Made by a program: the position numbers and the translations under genes. From Moniliella sp. 'wahieum' (Eukaryota), in assembly GCA_003971905.1 (NCBI GenBank), contig RSEE01000022.1, forward strand, positions 124,001 to 188,000: DNA of 64,000 bases, given 5' to 3'. Positions within the stretch are counted from its first letter, which is position 1; each line of letters opens with the position of its first letter. The notes under the pieces were generated by a model. It saw nothing but the letters and a program-made list of their open reading frames with translations. It ran no database searches and was not told the DNA's origin. This document shows, in pieces, positions 26,851 through 39,584 of the stretch.

Positions 26851-27389
26851 CCATACAGGTCTCATCTCACAGGTTCTATCGTCCCACACTTTGTCGCTCA
26901 AGCTTCATTTATAATGTAGGCTGGAATGCCGAACCTTCAAGAAGCTAATAGGTCACTGCTAGGACCTGCTAGGCCTCAGATTAAGCCAACAGGCTCACCC
27001 TGGTCCCCCACAGGGCGATGGCGAGCCCCGGTAGGTTGGTATACTGAGAGACTCAGATATATTTTCAGGACAATTATTACGTGATCGGTGACCTCACTGG
27101 TCAGGCCCTATACATGATTCAGATATCAGAGAGCGAGATAGCGCACGGGTTCTCGAAACTTATTACCACCGTGGCCGAGGCTGCCGGAGGGCGATAAAGC
27201 TTAAAGGGACTATTTGCTATGACTATGTGAGAGAGACGTGAATTGCGGGTAGTCTCGTGCGAACTGCGTTGGCGGCAATTTCCCGACGATGAATTTCATT
27301 GCTCGGAGCAATTAACTGTGTCACATTCTCCGCACCGCTCTTGAAACATCCATGTCCACAAACATATGTATATCCACAAAGTACGTACA

Positions 27390-28980
27390 AGTTGTACTCT
27401 CAGATCTCAGATCTCGTATCTCAACGAGATTCTTTCAAATACTAGTACCACGCACTCTTGCCTGCTCTTTCATGCATCTGTGCATCACAGTATGAGTATC
27501 CACACAGACGTTGCACAGTAGATAACGTCGGTAACGCGGGTGCGCAGAGGTTCTCTGCATTCCCCACGTAGACGCTCCCGGACGTTCGCTGCTTTCTGAT
27601 GTCTGCGTGGTATTTTTGATTACGCGTTATTACGCGATACGCTCGGGTTAGTACGCATTACTAGTTACTAGTATAGGCCTTAGGCTGGAGCCCCAAGCCT
27701 CAGGGACTTACGCGTCTAACGTGGGCTGCTGTCTGCCTGACAAGTACTCAGCGTGTACTCATCTGCATCAGTACACCGTTAGTTAGTATCCCGTAGGTAG
27801 GCGTCAAAGGACTATACAGGGATCGATTACTGATGGATGATGGATGACATGATGCATGATCGAGACAATCGATGTCACGATCACGCAAACCTTCATGCAT
27901 CTGTCGCCCAGTCACGCAAATCAACCGTCGGACGCTGGACGACTAGTTAGCCCGATTAGCGCTTAGCCGGCCTCAATTCAACATTCGTAATTCTTGACGC
28001 ATGAGGCCGAGGCTATGAGGGTGGCCCAGTGGCTACTGAAAAAGAGAAGTAAGGTTGTGCTCAAGTCCTTCAAGACTATTGGTGCTCAGGCGCTCAGGCG
28101 CTCAGGTGCGGTGTGACATGTGCATGTGAAGTGTGTTGCCCCGCGGGCATCTCTTCGTGTGGCGTTTTAATACTAGTTGCTGCACTCCACTGTAAGTACT
28201 AACGCTACTATATCTGCCCCGGCATGCCTGCGGAGCGGTGATGTTTGTTCCAAGCGGCGGGCACAACGTGCAACGAACACCGGGTACAAGGCGGCCGGAG
28301 CAAGACCGAGCGACGGCAGGCGACGGCAGCAGTCTTGGATTGTGGTGAAGAAGGGTGGAGACAACGCCTTCGTGGATTTTGCTGGAGAAGTTGACCGGGT
28401 GATGAACGCGTCCGTGACGCATGTGACGTATGAAATGCATGATGCACGACGTGTGATCATGTGATAGTGCAATAGCCACATGTGACGCGTGACGCTCGAT
28501 GCTCGATGCATGATGCTATATGATATATGACACATGGCGCATGACGCGTGACGCATGACGCGTGACGACCCACTTGCGGTGCCCCGGCAGGACGCAGGAG
28601 GGCCCACCAGCTGCACCGCACTGCGCTCGTGCCTGCTGAGCGTGCTGTCCTGTCACATTTCAAACTGTGCATCGCACCGCCGGGGTAGCACAGTCATATT
28701 TTTTTTCCCCGTTTTTTCCTCCACGCCGGCCCCCAGGCCGCTCTGATCCCGCCGGCAGCGATGACTGTACTGCACCACTCCCGACGGGCACGGCGGGGGT
28801 GGGCAGCGCTTGAGACGTGCCCCCAGTGCCCTCACCTCAGTCTTCCTCACGCGTCAAGCGCCTCACAGCCGCATCCTGCGCTCAGTGCTTTTGTTCGGTT
28901 GGTTCCACCTGGCCGCCGAGCGGGAGCCTTGCAGCTTGAGCGCCAGAGCGTTCACGTTCAACGTCGAACGTTGAACAGCG
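27390..28980. repeat. Cluster of TNA/palindrome heptamer arrays upstream of the MFS gene
   Basis: TCTCAGA x2 at 27398-27411; TTA-CGCG-TTA-TTA-CGCG ~27620; TTA-CTAG-TTA-CTAG ~27658; seven in-register heptamers 28519-28567. Confidence 0.85.
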
Positions 28981-29250
28981 CACGCGGCAGCCATGCACAA
29001 GCCACTATTGGGCACCATCTGTAGACACTCGGCAGGTGCTGGAATCTGTGCTCTGGACCCCTCACCCCTCTCGCTTTTCCTTGGTCGCCGCCACACACCC
29101 GTCTACTAGCTATCTGTGCGCCTACATGCACCCCCCCCCCTCGTCGGGGATTGAAAAGGACCGACGGCTCGTGGTCAAATCCAATTTTTTCTTCCCCCCT
29201 CCCATCCGTTCCCACCACCAGTACTCGATAATTGCTGTCAACAACGGGCA

Positions 29251-31999
29251 ATGTCGTTCTCCACTCCACCCAGCCCCGTGGCAAAGGACATGATGCTTCC
29301 TCGCCCGCCAAGTCGCGCGCTGGCCTATTCCTCTTCTGGCCGCAACACCCCGGTCTCCAACGACCCGTTGGGTGCTTCTTCGCGTCCGCCCACACCCCGG
29401 AAGGGGCTGACCTTTACTCTACTCAGCTCATGAGCCGTGGAAGTAGCTTGGGTACTAGCACTGGCGCTGGCCGCCGGGTCATCACGTTTGATCCCTCCTC
29501 CAACCCACCATCCCCACGGCCGTCGTACGATATGAGGCGCCCAGTCATGAGCCGCGCTACGTCGGAGACGACCCTCTTTCTGCCCGAAGACCGTTCCCGC
29601 GCCTTGAACACCCCTTCGTCCAGTATGGTCAAGTTGGATCTACCCCGCCGCCCCCCACTCAGTCGGGCCAACACGGGTCGCACTGTGGTGGGCGAGCTCG
29701 AGGTCGAGAAGGAAAAGTCGACGCCCAGCTCCCGCGCCTCGTCATTTGACGGATACTCTGGTGCTCGCCCTCCCTTCAGTCGGGGAGTGAGTGAGCGTAC
29801 CCTGGCCTTTGTTGAGCCAGTTATCCCGCCCAAGGACACCAGGCCCAACATGATTCGGGGTCTGTCCAACTCGTCCAAACTCTCCTCGAGCAACCTCGAA
29901 TCAGCGTTCGAAGACGATGCCGACGAGTTGGAAGACTATGTGCCAGACCACATTGAGCTCCACGAGCACCACCCACGCTCTGGTGCTCCTGGTGCCGATG
30001 CGTGGGCTGCGGATTTCCAGGTCCAATCTTCCATGCGACGGCGTTCGTCCAAGCATGACGTTCCCATCTCTGTCAATTCGTGGGCACACGAGGGACACAA
30101 CAGCGCCGACCTGTCCCGTGCTGGCTACTACCCATCCAAGCGGAGTTGGTTCAGGCGTCTCGTCGAGTTTTCCGAACCGGTAACATTCCATCCTGAGGAG
30201 TTTCAGTCGGCAGAGAACTTGATTCGCTCCAAGTCCGAGCTTACTGGTCCGTCTCTGTCCGTCGATGTGTTGGAGGCTGAGACCTCCACCGCTCAAACAT
30301 CGGCGGTTGATGTGCTGAGCAAATCGGAAGGAGAATTGGACTCGAAGCGTTCATCGCAAGCCCAAGGTCGTCCCATCTTGTTGCCTTCGCTTACGGCTGA
30401 AATTTTGTTTGTAATGGTTTGCTCGAGCGGCCAGTTCCTGTTCCAATCTTTGTTGGGATCCATCACCATCTTCAACGCGAACTGGTCGAGCACACGTTCA
30501 ACATGTCCCCCTCTCAAGCACCTTGGGTATGTTTTCCCATCATCCCTTGACGATCATGATGTACTGACCACTTTTCATCTCTTGGGCAGCTTACCGGCTC
30601 TTACCTTTTGGCCAACGGCTTGAGCGTCACAATCTCGGGCGCTTTGGCTGACATCTTTGGACCTCGGAGTGTGATTACATCTTCCCTTGCATTCCTCACT
30701 TTGGTCAATGTCGTTGGTGCAGCGTTGGGCAAGCACACCCAAGGCACTATCGCCTTTCTTTTCATCCGTGCATTCCAAGGTCTCGCCACCGGTGGCCTCA
30801 CCAGCAGCTCGATCAGCTATCTCGGCCGGATTTACCGTTCGGGCCAGCGCAAGAATCGTATTTTCTCCTCTTATGGGCGCCCAAGCTCCCATTGGTTACT
30901 TTATCGGGGCGATTCAGGGCGGTGCCTTGGCCAAGCGGATCGATTGGTGGTTCGGGTCGAACGCGATCTTCTGTTTCTTGGTCTTTGCATTGGCGTGGAA
31001 GTACTCCCCTACGGACACAACGCTGCGCCAGTACGAGGCCATTACCCAGGGCCACACATCGCTTCGTACGTCGAGAAGGAGAAGAACGAACCAAAGCGCA
31101 AGTTCGATTACCTCGGATCGGCGATCGCCATTGCTGGGTCAGCATTGGTTATCTTTGGCTTGACGCAAGGCAGCAGTTCCAACTGGGCTCCAGACACCTA
31201 TGGAACCCTGATCGGCGGCATTGCCCTCTTGGCCCTTTTCCCTTGGGTTGAGAGCAAGGTCGAGCAGCCGCTTGTACCAAATGACCTTTGGAAGGTGAAA
31301 GGCTTTGGCTACGTCATCTTGACCTACGGCCTCAGCTTCGGTAGCTTTACTGCTTACCAGTTCTACGCATGTCAGTTTTGGCTTTGGATCCAAGGCCGCT
31401 CCGCCTTGATTGTCGCTCTTTACTTCATTCCGGCTTCTACCGTGGGGGTGGTAGCAACTTTCTTTGTCGCTCGCCTGTTCCATATGGTGCCTGGGCATTG
31501 GATGATGGGAGCCGGCTGTTTGGCATCTGCAATTGCCCCAGGCATGTTTATCGCCAACAAGCCATGGACAACCTACTGGGCGCTCGGCATGCCTGCTGTG
31601 GCCATTGGGACCCTCTCCCCCGACTTGAGCTTTGCTTCGGCTTCCATCTTCATCACCAGCGCCGTGTCCCGCAAGTACCAAGGCGTTGCTGGGTCGATGT
31701 TGCTGACGGTGCAGAGCTTGGCGGGAAGTGCAGGCACTGCCTTTACCGAAACGGTGGCGGACCAAATCAAGGAGAGGAACATGACTATGCTCTCTCTCAC
31801 GCCCGACATCCGCAATGTCGGAGCAGTGGGCTCAACTTGGATGGGTCCAGGCCACCACCAACTGCATGGCACAGGAACGATGCTTTCTTCACTTCATGGC
31901 GCTTGGTGGTTTGACCTGGCTGCCTCTCTGCTTGCCTTCTTCCTCGCCATTCTTCTGCTTCGGATCCCCAAGGCCGATGAGCAGGATCACCAAGAGTAA
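29251..31999 (+). CDS. MFS drug:H+ antiporter (DHA2, Atr1-like) with long N-terminal extension
   Basis: SGALADIFGPR motif A, FIRAFQGLATG, FDYLGS, EQPLVP, SRKYQGVAG, multiple TM segments; intron ~30527-30589. Confidence 0.9.
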
Positions 32000-32641
32000 T
32001 CATGTACACCCATCATCACTCATTCACCCCATTCCCTGTCTTTTCGCAATGTTTCCCCCCAACTGGTTCAGTCCCTCGTTGCCTCTCTCTGTGCTACTGT
32101 GTGCTATTGTGCTGCATTAGCTGTTTTCCATTTACTCTGGTTGCGTTTCCTGCTGTGCTATTCCTTGTCACCCTTCCCTTCAACCCGGTATCGTGCATCC
32201 CTCTTTAATGGACACTAAAACCCTGCAGTGCCCTTGGCATTACTTTATTGCAGACTTCCATACGAATGTAGTTTGTTGCCCCCCTGCGGAAGAGTGTGTG
32301 AAGCTTGAAGAATACAATCTCATGGAAGGTTCTTTTGACACGTGTCGACTCGCAGTATTCAAGACGCGGTGATCCGGGTACCCGGCACCCTTCAAGATGA
32401 GTTGGTGGCTAAGCGCGAATTGATGAGTAGTGCCCTTCTCGTTTACGTGGACGACAGAACGTCTTTGTGGTGTACAAGCCCAATCCACGATCATTAATCA
32501 TTTCTCGTTTTCATATCGGCGAGGCACTACTGGACATCAGCGATCGTCGATCGCACGGCCCTCTCCGTTATTGAATCGGCTGGTGGCGTAGTCACGCGTC
32601 ACGCGCGTGTCATGCATCCTTCATGGATCATGTGCATCATG

Positions 32642-32697
32642 CTCGCCGTTCGCTGTTCGCGATTCGCTGCTCGCTGTTCGCTATTCGCTGCTCGTTA
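32642..32697 (+). repeat. 7-bp tandem repeat (YTCGCTG)x8
   Basis: CTCGCCG TTCGCTG TTCGCGA TTCGCTG CTCGCTG TTCGCTA TTCGCTG CTCGTTA. Confidence 0.9.
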
Positions 32698-33131
32698 ACA
32701 TGAGTCACGGCTCGCTCCTGTCGTGGTCGGGAAGCGCTCACCCGTCAAGCGTGGCGTCAGCACGTCGATGCCGACCCAGGGCTCAGGCGCTCAGGCTGGT
32801 TAATTACAACCCCATTACCTCCAGCAGCGTCTCCGTTGGGTTCTGAGCCAGAGGGCTCAGGGACTAGTGAGTGCTCAGTTTTCGACTCCCCTGCGGCTCT
32901 ATCTCTCTCCGCGTGGGCCAGGCATGGAGACGGCCAAATCTTTCTCAGAATCGATTGCGATGCAACTCACCCAGGCAGGGGGCAGCAAATGCTGGGGTTT
33001 ACAGAGCACAGGGCGCGGCCATGGGCGGACAAGAGACCGGTAGAGTACAGAGCCCAGTCGGGCCAACCTTTGCTCTCATACGGACATGGAAGGTGTGGGG
33101 GGGGAGGGGGGGTGGGGGGAAGCTAACGCAG

Positions 33132-36100
33132 CTAAGCCTGGGCCGGCGCTGGGGCCGGAGAGGGGTAGGACACAGCGAGGGTGCCCTTAATGTTGTCGAG
33201 GATCCGCGCAATCTCACCCGGCACCGGGACCTGTAGCGCCGGGGCTGGGCGCGCAACAGGCGCGCCATGGTGTACAGCGTGCCCCAAGGGTGCGGGCGCA
33301 TGACCACAATCCGTTCGAGCAGGACGCGGAGGATCTGGCCTTGGACTTGGGCAGGCACGTCGGACGCCTCTGGGGTCGAGCCAGCAGGCGGGGCAGCAAA
33401 GAGACGGACGAACAGCGTCGAGGCAAACTGCATTGAGGCCGAGGGGAAGCGCAGCTGGTTGGCCAGTGCCGAAAGCAAAAGGTAGAGCGATGCGGGTCGA
33501 GCTGGGACAAGAGCAGGCTCACCACCTCCCCGGCCTTGGTTGCTGTCGCTTCCTCCTGAGCTGCCGCCACCCGTTGGCCCAGCGCTTCAACCAGGGCATT
33601 GAGGATGGGCTGAACAACCAGCAGAGCCTGTTCCTCTTCCTGCTCCTCAGTCTCGATAGGGGCAATCGTTGTGATGCTGACAAGATGGGCCACCAACGTG
33701 TCAAGCGGGGCGGGGGTAGCGTCGCTAAAGCATTTGTCGAGAAGGGCTTTGACGGTAGCCCAAACGGGGCTTGCGTTTGCCTCCAGCGTCGCTGGCGCCG
33801 AGGCGGGTTCCATCCTAGCCTCGGGCAGTAACGCCAGATCGACAGTTGGGTCGAGCGGGTCGGGGAGGCGAAGCTGGCGAGGGTAGGCACAGAGAAGCAC
33901 GTTGCGCAGCTGGACAAACTCGCGCGGGATCAGATCGCAGAGCGGGATGGCATAGAAAGCCAAGAACTCTGGGAAATCGTGCAAGAGCAGCATAAAGATC
34001 CGGATCGCGCCGAGATAAACCGACTGGATTGTCTCTGCCCGTGCGCCGACACGACGGACAAGGGCCAAGAGGCGAACTTGGGCCTGCAGCAGCGGGTAAA
34101 ACCATCCCAGCCCTGACCATCAGGGGCAGAGAGAAGATGAGGAAGGAAGGTACGGTGCGAGATGAGCGACATCCAACTGTGAGTGTACCCAACAAACAGA
34201 CTCGGCTGCAGGGCCAACAGGCTCTGTGCCACCGCCACCAGGCAGGACACGTAGCGGTTGCCCAGCCCGGGCGAGGCTTGCTGAAGCAGATGAAGAATGG
34301 AGCTGAACAGGCGGTAGAGAGCCTTGCCCGCCTCCGGCTGCGGATGCACGTCCACAAACACCAATACAATTACCAGCAGCATCTTGTGCAGCAAGCCCAC
34401 CTGGTTGCGCGAATGGAACGTGGTCAGCAGCACCACCAACTGGGCCAAGGCGTCGATCGGAGTGTAGACGGTCTGGCTCTGTTCGGCACCCAAGATAGTT
34501 TGAAGCGCATAGCCCTTGACGCACTAGGTGCAAATGCGGAGGAAGTGCGCCGTGTTGGCTTCACCCTTGAGGACCCCAGCTTCCTGCGCACGGCCAACAA
34601 ATTCGACAAAAGCCTTGTCCACGTTGACGGCCTCTTCGTAGCAAGTACCCACTGGCCAAACCAATCTGACATCACCTCACGCACTGCCGGATCGTCCAAC
34701 GTGGCCGCCTCGCCAATCTGCTGCCAGAGCCCATCGTGGATAACCGATTTAACGCTTACAAAGACACATGTTAGTCATCAATCCAACAAGAGGAAGGGAA
34801 CAACTTACGAATCACTCGCTCTTCCAGCCTCGGAGGTGGCACGAAGCATGGCAACAATGTGACGCAGCTGGGTGCGCGTCGCGACCGTCTTGGTGGCCGC
34901 CTGGACCAGGGCGGCATTCACATCCGCCTTCTCCATGCCCGATTGGGCCCACTGGGCATCCACCTCGCCGACACGGACCAGCTGATCCTCAATCAAGGCC
35001 ACCATGCAGGGCACGTGCCTCACATCCCACTGTCCATCCCCGTAGACCAACCAAGCGGCCACCTCACCTTGAGCAGCGGGTGAGAGGGCACACAAACGCT
35101 GGAGAAGAGTGACCAGCGCATTGGTCGCTAGCTTTTCCTGCGCGGGCGTCCTGTCTTCCACTGTTGTCCACAGAGAACCACGACTTTGGAGGCAAACATG
35201 AGTGCCGTCTCGTCTTTGCGGGGCTGCTGCCGGACAAGCTCCGTGACTGACAGGAGCAGCGTCGGCAGCTCATTGTCCGGCGGTAGCTGGGCCAGTGTAG
35301 TGGCTTCCTCTCCGTTGTGCGGTACGGGCAAGACGAGGAGGCGGTCAAAGTCGGATCCAAACCGGTTGAACAGCTGCAAGGCAAATGACCCGTCGGCGGC
35401 AGGGCGAGGGGCAAGAGACCGACCAAAGTCATCGTACACCCGCAGCTGCGCTGGAGTGAGACCGTCGGGCTGAAGGCGAAGCGAGTCGGCAGCGCCGAAG
35501 CATAGGCAATGTGCACACTTTGGTCTGGGTCGGCATACGGTCCCGGTCCCGCACGCGCCGCAAGATGCGGAGCAAGAATCGCATCCAAGTCGGCCACTGC
35601 CTTGTATTGCGCCGCCCGCTCAACCATCTTGCTCGCCATGTCAACGTTTTCGTTCATAATGCTCGCCAAAGCATCAACAGGCAGCGAGGTCTCATTAAAC
35701 CCGCCATTGAGGAAGATGCGCTGAGCATGCTGGACCATCGACGTGCGAGCGGATCCTTCGACGTCACGTGCGATCGACCCCACCACATCTTTGGCCATCT
35801 GGTGCGCGGCGTGGGACAACTTGGCCGGGTCCGACTCAAGGGCAAAGTCCTTCAGGACCAGTTCCTTGGCTGATAAGTTACCAATCGTGGCCGAGCGCTC
35901 CACCACGGGAGGAGTAATGTCTCGCACGGCGCGTTCGATCGCAACACACACATCCGCTTCAACGTCGCGTTGGTCGCAAACATGTTCAGCGTGGGCGGGA
36001 TGATAATCAACTCGGGCAGGGAAGCAAACATGCTTTGCAGCAGTGCCGAGTAGGACATAGCGTCCTGCTCCAGCACAGGCTCGGGATGGGTTCGACCGGT

Positions 36101-39100
36101 CCGGTCGAGGTCGGGGCAACGGCTTCTTCCTCAGCACCATTATCAAGCAGTGAGGTGGGTTCGAGCTCGGCCATGTTGATCTCGAGAGCCTTGCACATGA
36201 CCTCAATCTCAAATTTAAGATTGAGCTTGAGACCCGCATAATGGTAGAGTTCTACCAGCAGGGCCAACACTGCCGCCAACCACGGATTGGGCAGTTTGAA
36301 TACTGTGCTCGTTTTGCACTGCTCCAGCACTTGCACACGAACGGAATGGCGGCGATGAGGCGGCCCGACTTGTACCCTTGTAGCAGCAGCTCCTTGAAGG
36401 CGATGTTGCGATATTTGATGGGGATATTGCGAGCAAGGGTCAAGCTGCCCAACCACGATGCCAAGTTCTTGAGCAACGTCCGATCCGACGACGACGTCAG
36501 TGTCGTCTCATTGTTCAGCAATGCCTTGATCTTAATAATCGATTCCCGCAAGATGTACCGCATCAAGCGCGGACCGCCTTCGATCCCATCAATCAACGAA
36601 GCATAGAGTGATTATTGGGTTCGATGGAGACACGCTGGAGAACAAGGTAGTGGGCAAACCAATTGTACAGCTCGGGAGCAACCAGGGACTTGGCGTCGCC
36701 CAGCTTGGACTCCAAGTTGGACTTCGACAAGTTGTTAACCAAAAAGAGAATTTTGTCGCTTACTTCGTCCGTCGGCTCCTCCTGATCCTCCTTGTCGTCC
36801 AGCTCGTCGGCATGAATGGCGGTAAACGGTTCAGAGGTGATAGCTGGCCACCGCGCGGACCGTTCCATCCTCCTCTGGCGCGGTTGGATCGCTTGGCCCA
36901 CCACTCGGACGGCCAGGGGGGCGCTGCTGGGCTTCGTGGATCATACGAACAACGTCCGGCCGGCCCTGTGTAATAGCTGGGATTGCAAGCAGGGCTTGGG
37001 ACAACGGGGGCCACTCGAGAGGCGCCGAGCAAAGTTCTGGAGCGCCTGAATCCCGAACGTAAACAGCGGCGATGACGGCGGCTTCCGCAATGCATCCAGC
37101 ACATACCGGATCGCAATACCGAGCGGAATGTAGTCGACGAACTCCTCGTTGATGATTTGGCCAAAGACGGTGGCAGCAATACCCAGTTCGCGCGGAGGGT
37201 AATCGCGTTCAAAGCAGCGGTATTCATCAAATAGAGTATGCACCAGGCAAGCGAACAACGTTTTTGCAGAGGGTCATCGCTCTCCTTGGTTCGCTTGAGG
37301 AGCGCCATCATATCTACCTTCATCGAACCCGAATAGAGGGTGCGATAATAATCGTCCGCTTCAGCTTGGATCTCAGGAGGGAAGGAGGCGACTTGGAGCC
37401 CAGGCTCCATGTTCTCGCTACCCGGTACGAGATTCATGAGCCGTGGGTGGACTTGGAGGCAGACGTTGCGGACCGATTTGAACGAGTCAATCTCGTCCTC
37501 ACTCATCTCGTCCCCATGGGAGCGCAAAGCGTAGAGGAAGGCGGCCACCGTCGACGTGAGGTGAGCGAGGTGACCCGTGGTGGACGTGTTACCGGCCAAT
37601 TCGTCTTGGGCTTTGCGCTCAAGGAAGTCGAGTGCTGCACGGACAAAGGCGTGAGGGTGCGCTGCAATGCCACGGTCCAGCCACTGCGGGAGGTCGAACT
37701 GCTTGTTCCGATCAGCCAGGTTGGCCAACTCAAATACAAAGGCCACTTCTGCGGGGGGTGGATGGCGTGATCGCGTCGGGTCAGTGGTCTGGGACAAAAG
37801 CCCAAGCTCTTGAAGCACAGAGAAGATCCGAGGCAGGTTGCCCGGCAGCGTCGCCACGTTTGTTGCCAGCGCACGCAGGGCAAACATGGGATTGGCCTGG
37901 AACAGACACCAGAGCGCAAGCTGAACATTGGGCTGGAAGGCCGAGAGCACCACACTGACTAATTGAAGGCAAAAATTGGTGTGAATATCGGGCCAAGGGG
38001 GCGGGACTTGGCCAAAGCCAATGAGGATCAAGTCGGCGTTCTGCTTGATGGCCTTGTCGACCAGGTCGGCTACAATAGACCGCAGCACCGCATTGTCCAC
38101 GCTCAAACCAGCGGATAGCAGGTTAGCCACGTCTTGGTTGTTCCAGCGCGATCCGGCCACTTGACGGGCTTGGGCTTGCACGGTGGCAACAGCCGCTTCC
38201 GTTGCCACAGAAGCCGTCCCGTTCGCCTGGGCAGATGGCAACCGCAGTGTGCCCGGGTCGACAATGCGATGCAGGACCCACGTGGACATATCGAATGTGT
38301 GCGGGTCGAGCAGCAGGAGGCCGCGGATGAGGATGAGCTGGGCCAAGGGGTGGCGCCAAGCATGGTCCCACAATGCGTCCAACACCGTCGGATGGGCAAG
38401 CCTGCGTGCATGGCTGGCAACGACAGCAAGGCCATAGGTTTGCTCCGAGTCAGGCTGGGTGGCTGGGTGGCGATCTCATCAAAGAGTGCGACTACGTGGG
38501 GCCAGCTGATGTTGGCGTTGAGGGTGCCGATGCAGGGGCCGAGGCTGGGCCAGTGGACTGCGTACTTGCTCTCAATGGCCGACACGGAGGGCTCGACGGG
38601 TTCGCAGAGCAGCGCAAGGAGCAGCTGGGCTGGCATGGTCGTCGGGGGGGACGTGGACGTGCGTGATATGGAAGAGAGCGAGGGCAGCATGGAAGACAGG
38701 GACGGATTGAGTGGCGAGAGGCCCAATGCTGGCGAGGACGTCGGCGGCGGCGGGTAGGCATGAGGCTGTGGATAGGTGAGTACAGAGCAGGGGCAGGAGC
38801 GAGGAATGGGAAACGTACCGCAGGTGGGGAATCGCTTGGGCCAAGGCCTGGGCAGCGAGATCAGAGCCGACGCGCTCGATGGCTGCGCGCACGAGGGCGC
38901 GCTGGAAGACACGGGGCAGGCCAGGGGTGTCGGGGGCAGAGTCGGAGAGGACGCTGGTGAAGAGGGCGGAGAGTGGACGGAGCGCGAGCTGGGCCTGGTC
39001 GGGAGAGGGAGGGGTGGCGAGGGACAAGGGGGGGACCTGCTGGTGCAGTGCGGCGAGGGCGGAGGCAAACAAGCGTTCGTCAGGAGAGCCGGCCGAGTCG

Positions 39101-39144
39101 CCAGCGGCGGCGACTCGGCGGGAGAGTGCGCCGCCGTCGAGCAT
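33132..39144 (-). CDS. NOT1: CCR4-NOT scaffold subunit Not1
   Basis: LVLQRVSIEPNNH, LLKNLASWLGSLTLARNIPI, LKLNLKFEIEV, VERSATI..ELVLKDFALE, LLHDFPEFL, QLRNVLLCAYP, LLERIVVMRPHPWG; many frameshifts. Confidence 0.95.
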
Positions 39145-39246
39145 GGCCAGACGACGGCAAGGGGAGGGCGGTGGGGGTGTAGAGGGGGAGCGGCGGTGGG
39201 GGAGGAGGGGGGGCGGGTGTGGTGGGGGGAGGCAGTGGAGAGGGCG

Positions 39247-39311
39247 ATGGCAATGGCAATGGCGATGGCGATGGCGATGGCGATGGCGATGGCGATGGCG
39301 ATGGCGATGGC
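39247..39311. repeat. (ATGGCR)n hexanucleotide microsatellite, ~11 units, in NOT1 5' region
   Basis: Direct reading; lies ~100 bp upstream of the NOT1 ATG. Confidence 0.95.
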
Positions 39312-39413
39312 CACGGCGCTGCGGGCGCATGCAGCAGGGGCCACTGCCAACCCTAGCGCCCAGGAAGGATTGTGGCTGATGTAAGGCGGCGGGGGGGTGG
39401 GCTGGGCGGGAGG

Positions 39414-39449
39414 GCTGACGTCAGCGCGGGCGGGGGGCGTGCACGTGAC
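39414..39449. promoter_or_regulatory. Candidate bidirectional NOT1/ATG2 promoter elements: GCTGACGTCAGC (CRE/ATF-like) and CACGTGAC
   Basis: Palindromic motifs in the 440-bp interval between divergent start codons. Confidence 0.4.
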
Positions 39450-39584
39450 CAGGCGTCGAGTAGTCGTCTGATTAATGAGCTGCTCGTGGCTAGTGCTAGT
39501 GATTGCTGATTGGGCAGCTAGGACTCCCAGATAGGAGCTGCCATCCCCAGCGCCCCCCCCACACAGCCCCCCAGCCCTGTCGCC

